Assembly (NCBI GenBank): GCA_963842525.1
Contig: CAWJGT010000009.1
Location: 576,001-640,000, forward strand
Source of the DNA: an uncultured Holophagales bacterium
Lineage (GTDB): Bacteria > Acidobacteriota > Thermoanaerobaculia > Multivoradales > UBA5704
Reading direction: 5' to 3'
DNA: 64,000 nucleotides
Part shown: piece after piece, positions 1 through 8,950 of the stretch
How positions within the stretch are numbered: position 1 is the first letter of the stretch
How the letters are laid out: each line of letters begins with the position of its first letter
Made by a program: the position numbers and the translations under genes
The notes under the pieces: model-generated
Databases searched by the model: none
Seen by the model: only the letters and a program-made list of their open reading frames with translations
What the model was told of the DNA's origin: nothing

Positions 1-6
1 AGGTTA

Positions 7-35
7 TTGACAAGTGACGATGGGAGGGCTAGGCT
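7..35 (+). promoter_or_regulatory. sigma70-type promoter (TTGACA-17 bp-TAGGCT)
   Basis: Perfect -35 TTGACA at 7-12, exact 17-bp spacer, TAGGCT at 30-35. Confidence 0.6.
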
Positions 36-41
36 CCCGAA

Positions 42-107
42 TTGCGGGGAGGTGTAGACCTCCTCTCATCCCTCCAAAAAGGAGCGCACGAGCGCTCCTC
101 TTTTTTT
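42..107 (+). ncRNA. candidate ~65-nt small RNA with anti-SD linker
   Basis: Lies between the promoter and an intrinsic terminator; hairpin 46-65, single-stranded TCATCCCTCC 66-75; no ORF inside. Confidence 0.4.
76..107 (+). terminator. intrinsic terminator (possibly bidirectional)
   Basis: Stem AGGAGCGC-ACGA-GCGCTCCT, T7 tract after, A5 tract before. Confidence 0.8.
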
Positions 108-160
108 GGGGTGAGACCGCCGCGGTGGCGGGGGCCGGGGCTCCTGCATGTCCGCGCGTC

Positions 161-485
161 CCCGCGGTGGCGCTTACCGGTCCCGCGGGATCGCCTCGAG
201 CCGCCGCGAGCAGCGTCGCTGGTGCCGCGATGGCGCTTGTCGGTCCCGCGGGAACGCTTCGCGTCGCCGCGAGCAGCGTCGCTGGTCCCGCGGTGGAGCC
301 TGCCGGTGCCGCGGGACCGCTTCGAGTCGCCGCGAGCAGCGTCACTGGTGCCGCGGTGGCGCTTGCCGGTGCCGCGGGACCGGTTCGAGTCGCCGCGAGC
401 AGCGTCGTTGGTCCCGCGGTGGAGCCTGCCGGTGCCGCGGGACCGGTTCGCGTCGCCGCGAGCAGCGTCACTGGTCCCGCGGGAC
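161..485. repeat. GC-rich tandem repeat, 63-bp unit made of three 21-bp subunits (~5 copies)
   Basis: GAGCAGCGTC recurs at 208, 271, 334, 397, 460; subunits start with CCGCG. Confidence 0.9.
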
Positions 486-488
486 GGC

Positions 489-725
489 TCAGACTTCCGT
501 GTACACGAGATACTCCGGCATGCGGTCCAGGTCGAGGCGCAGCAACTCGCGCCGCTGGGTCTCCGGGGCGTCCTCCGGCTCCTCCAACTTGAGCCAGGTC
601 GCGAACCAGCGCCCGTGCTGATAGAAGATCTCCAGCCCCGCCTCTTCCGGCGTGTAGGGCGGCACCCAGACCTCCGGCTGAACGGCCCGCGGATCGTGCG
701 GCCGGGCGGTGAAGTTGTCCCGCAC
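489..725 (-). CDS. small hypothetical protein
   Basis: 78-aa ORF with natural composition, last gene of a minus-strand run. Confidence 0.6.
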   Translation of the reverse strand: MRDNFTARPHDPRAVQPEVWVPPYTPEEAGLEIFYQHGRWFATWLKLEEPEDAPETQRRELLRLDLDRMPEYLVYTEV

Positions 726-734
726 GACAAGATT

Positions 735-1033
735 TTAGAGGACTTCCCGGGTCGCCTCGTCAGGGCCCCTCGGCAGCCGCTCTGCCCTGTTGCCGGGCTC
801 ATAGCTCGCCAGATCTCGCAGGCTCCGGATGGCGGGCTCCAGACAGTCGATGAACAGGCACCCCAGGACGGCGCGGACCTCGGTCGGGAAGTCCGGATCC
901 GTGTCGAGGTCGCGGTACCGGCCTTCCTGCGGTGTCACCGGCTGGCAGCGTTGGAGTTTCGCAGACTCTCGAGGCACGCCCCCAGGTCCCGGCACACGCA
1001 CTGCAGCCCTCTGCGGGTCTCGCCTTCGGTCAT
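735..1033 (-). CDS. small hypothetical protein, frameshifted near 950
   Basis: ATGA overlap with upstream gene; MTEGETRRGLQCVCRDL... continues in another frame as ...DFPTEVRAVLGCLFIDCLEPAIRSLRDL. Confidence 0.55.
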
Positions 1034-2416
1034 GATGGAACCTCGCTGCCCTCGGCGCGATGGCGCCGGCCTGCGGATTCGGGCGGATCGTTGCAGCAGC
1101 GTATGGACAGGTCCCAGGCTGCCAGGCGGTCGCCGCTGAACCGGAACATCCGCCATAGAAACGAGGCGAGTTCTCTCTCGAGCCGTCTGAGGTCCTCTGG
1201 GGGGTCGGCCTTGCCGAGCCGGTGAAACACGCGGCGGGCGAGGGGCAGATCCTGCCGGCCTTCGAGAGCCGTCTCGAGCTTCTGCCTCCAGAAGCCTGAT
1301 CCCTTTTGTCTCCCCGGCCTTGATCAGCTCCAGTCCCAGATCGAGAGAGACCAGGATCGCCTCCGGCAGGAGCCCGTCGGCGAGCACTTGCCGGCGGACC
1401 GCGTCCAGCAGGGCGAGAGCCTCCGGATCGCCGAGGAGGGCGGCGGCTTTGGCTTCCATCCAGGCAATCCAGGACAGCTCGCGGGCATCCTGGGCCTGGG
1501 TCCGGCCCCGGAGGCAGCGGCTCTCCTCCAGCGTGCGCCGGGCCCGTCGCTCCTGTCCCAGATCGGCCTGGCACAGTGCCAGGGCGGCCTCTGCGCGCGC
1601 CGCGAGAGCCAGGCGGCGCTCTGTCGAGATCAGAACCCGGCCGCGCAGGAGCGGACCGGCGGCCCGCTCCGAGTCTCCCTGTTCCGTCAAGAGGAGGCCA
1701 AGCAGGAGGAGGGAGACCCCTTCCTCGTCGGAGAGCCCCTGGCTCGCGAACGATTCCGCGCTGCGGCGCAAGAGGGCGGCCGCCTCCTCCAGCCGTCCCC
1801 GTTGCCAGCGGAGCACTCCTTGAGCCTGGCAGAAGCGGGGCCGGTCGGAAGACTCGAAGGGCACCGTGAGATAAAAGGCCTCCTCGTTGAAACACATCTC
1901 CGCCGTGTCAGCGTCTCGCCGCAAGATCTGACGAGCCATGCCGGCGAGGTACCAGGCACGGCTCAACAGCATCGCGAGCACCCGTTGGTCCTGCCCGTCC
2001 GGGAGCCAGGCCCCGAGGTCGATCGCCAGGAGCGCGGCCTCTTCGGCCTGCTCGGGCGCTCTGGGCAACAGCTCCCGGCTCGCCTCCACCAGCAGGCCCA
2101 AGAGGTCCAGGCGGTGAAAGCGGGCCTCGCGAACCACCTCGGTGCGGCGCTTCGGCTTCAGGCGCAACAGCTCGCCGCGCAGCTCTTCGGCGTCCGGGCT
2201 GCCATGGTGCAGCCATTCGAGGACCTCGATCTCGAAGCTCTGCCCCTGGCACGGTGCCGGGACGACTCGTCGTCCCTCTGTCCGCTCCAGCAGCCGCACC
2301 AGCGCCTCATCGCGGCACTCCGCGCAGGAGAGCAGATGCAGGAACGCCGGCTGCCCTTCCGCAGGCAAGCCGGCGAGGAGCTGCTGTACTTCTTTCTCAT
2401 ACGAGGGGTTTCTCAT
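1030..2416 (-). CDS. TPR-like helical repeat protein with N-terminal HxxxCxxC (anti-sigma-type zinc finger); frameshift near 1230-1280
   Basis: HLLSCAEC motif, TPR-like helices, GGGAGG SD before ATG 2416; C-terminus continues in the 1030..1230 frame. Confidence 0.75.
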
Positions 2417-2625
2417 CTCACGGCCTCCCGTCCTCTCATCCGCCGCCAGCATAGGGGCGTCCCGGCCGGCCGGTGCCGGAGAAAGGCCGAAAGCCGCGAA
2501 TTGCGGCCCGAGTGGTCCTTTTTCCGCTCCCGGGTGACCGCGCGCCGCGAGGGTTATCCCCAGGTGTCACGCTTTTGCCCGGCTGGACACCTCTTTCTAC
2601 CGGAAGCATTTCGAGGAGGACCGAA

Positions 2626-4089
2626 ATGGCGCGCAAGGAGACTCCGCCTCCGTTGGGTGCAGTGCTGCGGTTCCTGCGGTTCGGCTATGGCTGGAGCGAG
2701 GAGGAGCTGGCGGAAGCGCTCGGCGTCAGCCCGAGCCTGATCTCCCGCTACGAACGGAAGGGGCTCCGCCGCGAGCGCCTGGAGGAGCTGCTCGCCGTCA
2801 TGGACGTGCCGGTCGAGTCGATCGACGCGGCCCTCTTCGCCCTGGAGCTTGGCCGCCTGCCGGAAGGCTCGGGCTCGCCCGTGGACCCCACTCCGGCGCA
2901 GCGGCGGAGCATCCATCGGGCCGCTGCGGTGGCCGGCTGGAACGCCGCCAAGGCCACCCTTGCCCGGCTCACGGCGAACCTCCGGCGCATCCGCGCGGAC
3001 CGTGCCTGCCGCCGGGCCAGGGAGCTGGTCGAGGCTCTGAAGAAGATGGCGCCGCAGGAACGGCGGAAGGCGGTCGAGACCGAGCGGAAATACTGGAGCC
3101 CGATGGTGGCGGTGGAGCTGTGTGAAGAAAGTATCCGGGCCGCCGCCCACCAGGCGAAGCGGGCGTTGGAGCTGGCCGGCTTGGCGCTGCGTGTAGCCGA
3201 GTTCCTCCCCGTCGCCAAGGCGTTGCGCGAGCTCGTCCAGGGGTTCTGCTGGGCGTTCGTTGGCAACGCGCGGAGAGTCCAGGGCGACCTGCGTGGCGCG
3301 GAAGAGGCTTTCCTCCATTCCGACCGCCTGTGGGAAGCCGGCGGGCCTGCTGATCCGGAGCTGTTCGACGGCGCGCGCCTGCTTGATCTGAAGGCGTCGC
3401 TGCGCAGCTATCAAGGCCGTCTCCAAGAGGCCGTCGTCCTTCTCGATCAGGCTTTCACAGGAAGCCAGTCAGAGGGAAGCAGGGCGCGGATCCTGGTCAA
3501 GAAAGCGATCGCCCTGAGGTTCCTGGGAGCCTACGAGCGGGCCCTCGCAGTGACTCGGCAGGCGGAGTCCCTGATCGACCGGAGCGAGGACCCTCGATTC
3601 CCCTGGCTCGTCCAGTTCAATCGGACGATCAATCTTTGGCATCTGGAACGGCACCCGGAAGCTGCAGAGCTGATGCCAGGAGTATGGGAGTCGGTGGCCG
3701 ATCTGGGCAACGAGCTCGACCTTCAGCGATCTCTCTGGCTGGACGCGAGGGTCAAGAGCGGACTGGGGAAGGACCAGGAGGCTCTGCCCGCTCTTGAGCA
3801 GGTGCAGCGTTACTTCACCGTCAAGCAGATCGCCTACGACGCGGCCCTGGCCAGCCTGGAAGTTTCGGAGCTATTGCTGGAGCAGGGGCGCACGGCCGAG
3901 GTCAGGGTGCTCGCCGAACAGATGTACTGGATCTTCAAGAACCAGCAGGTCCAGGAGGAAGCCCTCAGGGCACTGGGGGTTTTCTGCGAGGCGGCCCGGC
4001 AGGAAACCGCGACGGTCGGCCTGACGCGACAGGTCCGCGATTTCCTCCTCCGGGCGCAACATGACCCCAGGCTCCGGTTCGAGCCGTGA
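2626..4089 (+). CDS. XRE helix-turn-helix plus TPR-like repeat regulator
   Basis: N-terminal WSEEELAEALGVSPSLISRYE HTH; TPR-like C-terminal region; GAGGAGG SD. Confidence 0.85.
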   Translation: MARKETPPPLGAVLRFLRFGYGWSEEELAEALGVSPSLISRYERKGLRRERLEELLAVMDVPVESIDAALFALELGRLPEGSGSPVDPTPAQRRSIHRAAAVAGWNAAKATLARLTANLRRIRADRACRRARELVEALKKMAPQERRKAVETERKYWSPMVAVELCEESIRAAAHQAKRALELAGLALRVAEFLPVAKALRELVQGFCWAFVGNARRVQGDLRGAEEAFLHSDRLWEAGGPADPELFDGARLLDLKASLRSYQGRLQEAVVLLDQAFTGSQSEGSRARILVKKAIALRFLGAYERALAVTRQAESLIDRSEDPRFPWLVQFNRTINLWHLERHPEAAELMPGVWESVADLGNELDLQRSLWLDARVKSGLGKDQEALPALEQVQRYFTVKQIAYDAALASLEVSELLLEQGRTAEVRVLAEQMYWIFKNQQVQEEALRALGVFCEAARQETATVGLTRQVRDFLLRAQHDPRLRFEP

Positions 4090-4093
4090 AAGG

Positions 4094-4125
4094 GCGTAGG
4101 GACGCGGTCCCCTGCATCCCTACGC
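4094..4125. repeat. GTAG-type REP-like hairpin between convergent genes
   Basis: GCGTAGGGA...TCCCTACGC inverted repeat. Confidence 0.5.
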
Positions 4126-4136
4126 TACAGCGGACA

Positions 4137-4460
4137 CTATCCAATGCAACGGCCGTTCGGGTCGGCCTCGCAGCCGTTGTCGCTCGTTGTGGCTGTACCC
4201 TGGCCTGCCAGGCAGTGGCCGTCCGGGTCAGCGCTGCAGCCGTTGTCGCCCGTTGCGGCTGCGCCCTGGCTCACCAGGCAACGGCCGCTGGGGTCGACCT
4301 CGCAGCCGTTGTCGCTCCAGAGACCGGTCAGCAGACTCCAGAGGCTGACAAGGAGGCCCGGGCGAGGCTCGGCTCCGGCCGCGGGTGCAGCCGAAAGGAC
4401 AGGTACCGCGAGGGTGGCGGCAAGGACGAAGACGAGGGCAAGTCGGACCAGACGAGGCAT
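4137..4460 (-). CDS. secreted peptide precursor with three DNGCxxDPxGxC repeats
   Basis: Signal-peptide-like N-terminus, amphipathic helix, repeats DNGCEVDPSGRC / DNGCSADPDGHC / DNGCEADPNGRC; AAGGAG SD. Confidence 0.85.
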   Translation of the reverse strand: MPRLVRLALVFVLAATLAVPVLSAAPAAGAEPRPGLLVSLWSLLTGLWSDNGCEVDPSGRCLVSQGAAATGDNGCSADPDGHCLAGQGTATTSDNGCEADPNGRCIG

Positions 4461-4513
4461 GAGCGGCTCCTTTTGGCGGAAAGCGCACCGGGCGGCCCCC
4501 GTGGCCGCGCGGG

Positions 4514-4533
4514 CGTCCCCGGCAATAGAGTGC
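4514..4533 (-). promoter_or_regulatory. upstream motif shared by DPxG-peptide genes (copy 1)
   Basis: GCACTCTATTGCCGGGGACG, 17/20 identical to 25116-25135, similar distance to start codon. Confidence 0.55.
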
Positions 4534-4600
4534 CAGGAATCGGGTATGGAAATTCACCCCACGAGCCGCAAGGCGCGGCTCGAACCCTGAGGAGGGATGC

Positions 4601-5422
4601 ATGGCGAGACCAGGAGACCCGGCCGACCTGAGGCTGATCGTGATCTTCCTCCGCTCGCTGCGGAAGTGGACCCAGGAGAAGCTCCATGAGGAGTCCGGCG
4701 TCGACCGGGGGCTGATCTCCGACTATGAGCTGGGGGAGAAGGCGCCGACGCGCAGGACCCTCGAACGGCTGACCGTGGCGGTCGGACTGCCGTATTCCTT
4801 TGTCGAGCGGTTGCTGCCGGTCTTCCGGGAGGCCCGCCGCGCCATGGAAACCCGGCCGGCCGGCCGGGGCACGGCGGCGCCTGAAGCGCCCGCGAGCCTG
4901 GAGGAAGACCTGGGCAAGGCGATCCTCGACGCCGTGCTCCCAAGTCTGACGCACCATCTAATGGAGCTCGAGATCCTGGTGAACGGGGCGGATGACGACG
5001 AGGCGGCGCAGAGGCCCGAGGACCGCCTCGTGGCGGTGGAGCTGTGGGCGGGCCTGAAGGACCGCACGCCGCGCGACCGGCGACGGGCCCTCGAAGCCGA
5101 CCGGAAATACTGGACCTGGGCGGTCGCAGAGCGGCTGGCCCTGGAAAGTGAGCTGGCTGCGGCCCACGAGGCCAGGCGGGCCCTGGAGCTGGCCCGCCGG
5201 GCCCTGCGCGTGGCCGAGCTCGCGCCCGGCACCCAGGCCTCCCGGAGCCGCACCCAGGGATTCTGCTGGGGGTTCCTGGCGAAAGCCCGGCGTGCCCTGG
5301 GAGACCTGCCCGGCGCCGAACAGGCCATCCTCGAATCCGACCGTCTATGGGAAGCCGGAGCCGCCGATCCGGGATTGCTCGACGGCGCGCGCTTGGCCGA
5401 CCTGAATTCGGCGTTGTCGTAA
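4601..5422 (+). CDS. XRE HTH protein, short paralogue of 2626..4089
   Basis: WTQEKLHEESGVDRGLISDYE HTH; shares GFCW, SDRLWEAG and DGARL motifs with the long paralogue, then stops. Confidence 0.85.
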   Translation: MARPGDPADLRLIVIFLRSLRKWTQEKLHEESGVDRGLISDYELGEKAPTRRTLERLTVAVGLPYSFVERLLPVFREARRAMETRPAGRGTAAPEAPASLEEDLGKAILDAVLPSLTHHLMELEILVNGADDDEAAQRPEDRLVAVELWAGLKDRTPRDRRRALEADRKYWTWAVAERLALESELAAAHEARRALELARRALRVAELAPGTQASRSRTQGFCWGFLAKARRALGDLPGAEQAILESDRLWEAGAADPGLLDGARLADLNSALS

Positions 5423-5491
5423 GAAGGCCGGCAAGGATGCCGGCGCTCCCAGCGGAGTCCTGGGAGCCCGTTCAGGTTGGGCAGCCGTAGC

Positions 5492-6046
5492 CTACCCGCC
5501 CAGCACCGCCTTTTTGAAGTCCTTCCCGGGGGCGGGATCGGGGCCGATCCAGGTGGCGAGGATGGCGTCGGCCGTGGGCTTGCCGGGGAGCGTGCCCTTG
5601 ACCTTGCCGCCGACCTCGACCTGGGTGCCCTCGCCCGGCAGGTAGGTCAGCACCAGCTTCTGGCCCTTGCCGACCCCGTCCATCCAACCGCAGAGGGTGG
5701 CGAAATTCTTCTTGACCTCGGCCGAGGCTTTCGGGGTGTTGTCTTCCAGCCCGTCGTTCCAGGCCTCGCACATCTGGTCCTTGCTCACGTCGTAGATGAA
5801 GTGCAGCACCATACGGCGGGGGGTATCGGCGGCGAGGACCTTCTCGGCCGACTTCTCCTTCTGGGGGAGGTAGAGCCCGCCGACATAGACCTTGATGATG
5901 AGCTTCGTCCGCAGGCCCATCCCGTTGAGGACGAGCTTCTGGCCGTTCACCTCCACCTGATCGGGGAGGGTGACGCCGGCCAGGGTGCCGGCGATGGCGG
6001 ACGTGGCCAGGAGCAGGACGAACAGGGCGATCGGCAGCCTTCGCAT
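5492..6046 (-). CDS. secreted chalcone isomerase-like protein
   Basis: Signal peptide; LVLNGMGLR-KVYVGGLY and WIGPDP motifs. Confidence 0.85.
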   Translation of the reverse strand: MRRLPIALFVLLLATSAIAGTLAGVTLPDQVEVNGQKLVLNGMGLRTKLIIKVYVGGLYLPQKEKSAEKVLAADTPRRMVLHFIYDVSKDQMCEAWNDGLEDNTPKASAEVKKNFATLCGWMDGVGKGQKLVLTYLPGEGTQVEVGGKVKGTLPGKPTADAILATWIGPDPAPGKDFKKAVLGG

Positions 6047-6126
6047 TGTAGAGTTCCTCCAGGATCGTTCGTAGACGGAACGTCGCTGGAGGGAAGTTTA
6101 ATTCCGCTTGCCGTATCCATGGAATC

Positions 6127-6729
6127 ATGAAGACCGATGCCGAGCTGGTGGCGAGCGCGCTCAAGGGCTCGCAGGAGGCGTTCCGCGAGCTCGTGGTGCG
6201 CTTCGAGCGCCCGGTCTACAGCCTGGTGGTGCGCATGGTCCAGGACCCGGGCTTGGCCGAGGACCTGGCCCAGGAGGTCTTTTTCAAGGCCTACCGCCGG
6301 CTCGACACCTACGATCCAGTGCGCAAGTTCTCGAGCTGGCTGTTCAAGATCGCGCACAACACCACCATCGACCACCTGCGGCGGCATGCGCCGGAGACGG
6401 TCCCGCTGGAGCCGGACGGGAAGGGCGACGACCGCGGAAGCCTTGCCGCGGTGCTGGCGGACACCTCCACGGAGGACCCGTCGGCTGCGGCAGAGCGCCG
6501 GGACATGGCAAGATCCCTGGAGCGCGCGATCGCCCGCCTGCGGCCCGAATACCGGGAGCTGGTGGTGCTCTTCTATGTGGAAGGGGCTTCGTACCAGGAC
6601 CTGTGCGACGCCACCGGGCTGCCTCTCGGGACCGTGAAGACGAACCTCCACCGGGCGCGCAAGGAGCTCGCCCACGAGATGGCGGCCCAGGGATGGGGGC
6701 CAGAAACCCGGAGCGCGCCGGCCTCGTAA
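6127..6729 (+). CDS. ECF RNA polymerase sigma factor (SigW-like)
   Basis: AEDLAQEVF, FSSWLFKIAHN region 2; GTVKTNLHRAR region 4. Confidence 0.92.
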   Translation: MKTDAELVASALKGSQEAFRELVVRFERPVYSLVVRMVQDPGLAEDLAQEVFFKAYRRLDTYDPVRKFSSWLFKIAHNTTIDHLRRHAPETVPLEPDGKGDDRGSLAAVLADTSTEDPSAAAERRDMARSLERAIARLRPEYRELVVLFYVEGASYQDLCDATGLPLGTVKTNLHRARKELAHEMAAQGWGPETRSAPAS

Positions 6730-6754
6730 GGCGAGGCGAAGGAGAAAGAACCGA

Positions 6755-7297
6755 ATGCGTCCCTCTCAGCAAGACCTCCTGGCCCGCTGGCTCGCCGCCG
6801 AGCGGGACGACCGCGCGGACGAAGCCGAGGCCGCGCTGCTCGCCCTGTTCGAGGAGCTGCCGCGTCCGGCGCCGCTGCCCGGGTTTGCCGACCGGGTCCT
6901 GGCGCGGACGGGTCTGGGGTTCATCGCAGCGCCGGTCCAGAGGAGCCTGTTCGCATCCCGCTGGCGACGTGTCGTGCTCGCGCTCGCCCTGGTGGCGACC
7001 GGCCTGTCGCTGTTCTGGCTGCCGGCGACCCTGACCGCACTGGCGGGCCTGTGGAGCTTCGGCGATCTCATCCAGCTCTCGACGGCCCTCTTCGCGAGCG
7101 CTGCCGAGGGCTTTGCCGAGCTCGCCGCCTTCGGGGACTGGCTGCTGACGCTGGGAATCTCTCTGGCGAGCCTGCTCGCGACGCCCACTGTGGCCGGGAT
7201 CATGATCGTCTGCCTCGTGGTGTCGACAGTTGCGTTCCGCTTTCTCCGCGACCTCATCACACGAGAGAGGAGTTGGATCCATGTGGAACCTATCTGA
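6755..7297 (+). CDS. putative membrane anti-sigma factor
   Basis: Directly after ECF sigma; PGFADRVL motif followed by hydrophobic helices. Confidence 0.65.
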   Translation: MRPSQQDLLARWLAAERDDRADEAEAALLALFEELPRPAPLPGFADRVLARTGLGFIAAPVQRSLFASRWRRVVLALALVATGLSLFWLPATLTALAGLWSFGDLIQLSTALFASAAEGFAELAAFGDWLLTLGISLASLLATPTVAGIMIVCLVVSTVAFRFLRDLITRERSWIHVEPI

Positions 7298-8894
7298 TCG
7301 ATGGAACCGGTGGGGGCTCGGAGCCCGGTGGCTCCGGGTCCTGGCGGTCCTCCTCGCCCTGGCCCTGCCCGGGGCGGAGCGGGCTGCCCTGGCACAACCC
7401 GAAGCGACAGCGTCGCGGCAGGAGCTGCGCGACGCTCTCGAGGAAAGATATGAGGTGCTCCCCCTCCAGGACGGCCTCGTGCTGCGCCCGCGCGAGTCGG
7501 AGCGTGGGGTGCGCACGATCGAGCTGAGCGACGGCACGGTCGCCATCAACGGCCAGCCGGTGAACGAGACGGTCGTCCGCGACTGGCTGGGCGAGGACGC
7601 GGGCCCGGTCCTCCAGCTCTGGCGCCTGCAGCCCGGCGAGCGGCGGGCCCTGTTCGACCTGCAGGCAGGCCGGGGGGGCGCGACGAGCGCGCCTCCTGCT
7701 TCCGAAGACACCCTCTCTGCCGAGGAGACGCCCGCGACGGAGGAGCCATCGACGACCGGCGAGAGCGAGATCCCGGACGTGCCCGAGGCACCCGAGACGC
7801 CGGAGGAGCCCGACTACGTCCGGTCCGACAGGACCTCTTCCGGCGGCCGCGTGAGGGTCTTCGGCAGCATCTCCGTGGAGAAGGGCGAGGTGGTCCGGGA
7901 GGCCGTCGCCGTGCTGGGCTCGGCCCGCATCGACGGCGAGGTGCTCGGCGACGTCGTGGCGGTCGGCGGCTCGGTCGAGGTCAACGGCAAGGTCGGCGGC
8001 ACGGTGACGGCGGTGGGGGGCGGCGTCCGCCTGGGCCCCAACGCGGAGGTGATGCAGGACGTCACCAGCGTCGGCGGCTCCATCGAGCGCGAGGAGGGGG
8101 CCCGGGTCCACGGCCAGTCCGCCGAGGTCCCCCTGGCGCCGGGCCGCCGGGGCTGGGACCACGACGTCGAATTCTTCCCCTGGTCCGTCCTGGATGGGCC
8201 GACGAGCGTGTTCTGGGAGCTCATCAGCCTCCTGGTGCTCGGCCTGCTGGTCTGCCTCTGCCTGCTGATCGCACGGAGGAGCGTGGAGCGGGCGGACCAC
8301 ATCGTCGCCACCGAGCCCTGGATTGCGGGCCTCGTCGGATTCCTGGCGCAGCTTCTCTTCATCCCGCTGCTGGTCGTGGTGACGATCCTGCTGGCGATCA
8401 CGATCATCGGCTGCGCGCTCTTCCTCCTCTATCCGTTCCTGTTCATCGCCCTCCTCCTGGCGGCCCTGGTCGGCTACACCGCCGTGGCCTACCGCCTGGG
8501 CCGGGTCCTCGAGGCCCGTTTCGGGCGGAGCTTCGGCAGCGCCTACGGGGTCGCCATGATCGGTGTGGTGGCCATCCAGATCTGGGCGATCTTCTCCCAC
8601 CTGCTCGGCATCGGCGGCGGGCCGCTCGACTTCATCGCCTTCATCCTGCTGGCCTTCGGCGCGGCGGTGGAGTACGTGGCCTGGACCGTGGGCTTCGGCG
8701 CCGTCCTGCTCGCCTGGTTCCGGGGTCCCAACCGGTGGCGGCGGACCGCCGCGGCCCCTCCCATGCCGGTCGCTCCGGTCCCGCCGCTCCCCGGGCCTCC
8801 GGCCTATGCGGACCCCGGCCCGACTTATCCCTCCAGCCCTGAATCCCTCCCGCTCTCCGAGCGGTGGGAGGAGCCGCCCCCTCCCGAGCGGTAG
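7281..8894 (+). CDS. membrane protein with bactofilin-like (polymer-forming) beta repeats
   Basis: Repeated GDVVAVGGSV-type beta units, multi-TM C-terminus, Pro-rich tail. Confidence 0.75.
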   Translation: MWNLSDRWNRWGLGARWLRVLAVLLALALPGAERAALAQPEATASRQELRDALEERYEVLPLQDGLVLRPRESERGVRTIELSDGTVAINGQPVNETVVRDWLGEDAGPVLQLWRLQPGERRALFDLQAGRGGATSAPPASEDTLSAEETPATEEPSTTGESEIPDVPEAPETPEEPDYVRSDRTSSGGRVRVFGSISVEKGEVVREAVAVLGSARIDGEVLGDVVAVGGSVEVNGKVGGTVTAVGGGVRLGPNAEVMQDVTSVGGSIEREEGARVHGQSAEVPLAPGRRGWDHDVEFFPWSVLDGPTSVFWELISLLVLGLLVCLCLLIARRSVERADHIVATEPWIAGLVGFLAQLLFIPLLVVVTILLAITIIGCALFLLYPFLFIALLLAALVGYTAVAYRLGRVLEARFGRSFGSAYGVAMIGVVAIQIWAIFSHLLGIGGGPLDFIAFILLAFGAAVEYVAWTVGFGAVLLAWFRGPNRWRRTAAAPPMPVAPVPPLPGPPAYADPGPTYPSSPESLPLSERWEEPPPPER

Positions 8895-8950
8895 GATTGA
8901 AAACCACGCCCGCTCTCCGTATCGAACAGGAGAGCGGGCGTGGCGCTCTC

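Noticed and set aside
4-802. Overlapping ORFs through the 63-bp repeat
   Set aside because: Low-complexity translations of the repeat that cross a terminator; no SD or domain
4520-4536. sigma54 promoter upstream of DPxG peptide 1 (TGGCAC..TTGC)
   Set aside because: GG-to-GC spacing is 9 rather than the required 10, and the second copy lacks TGGC
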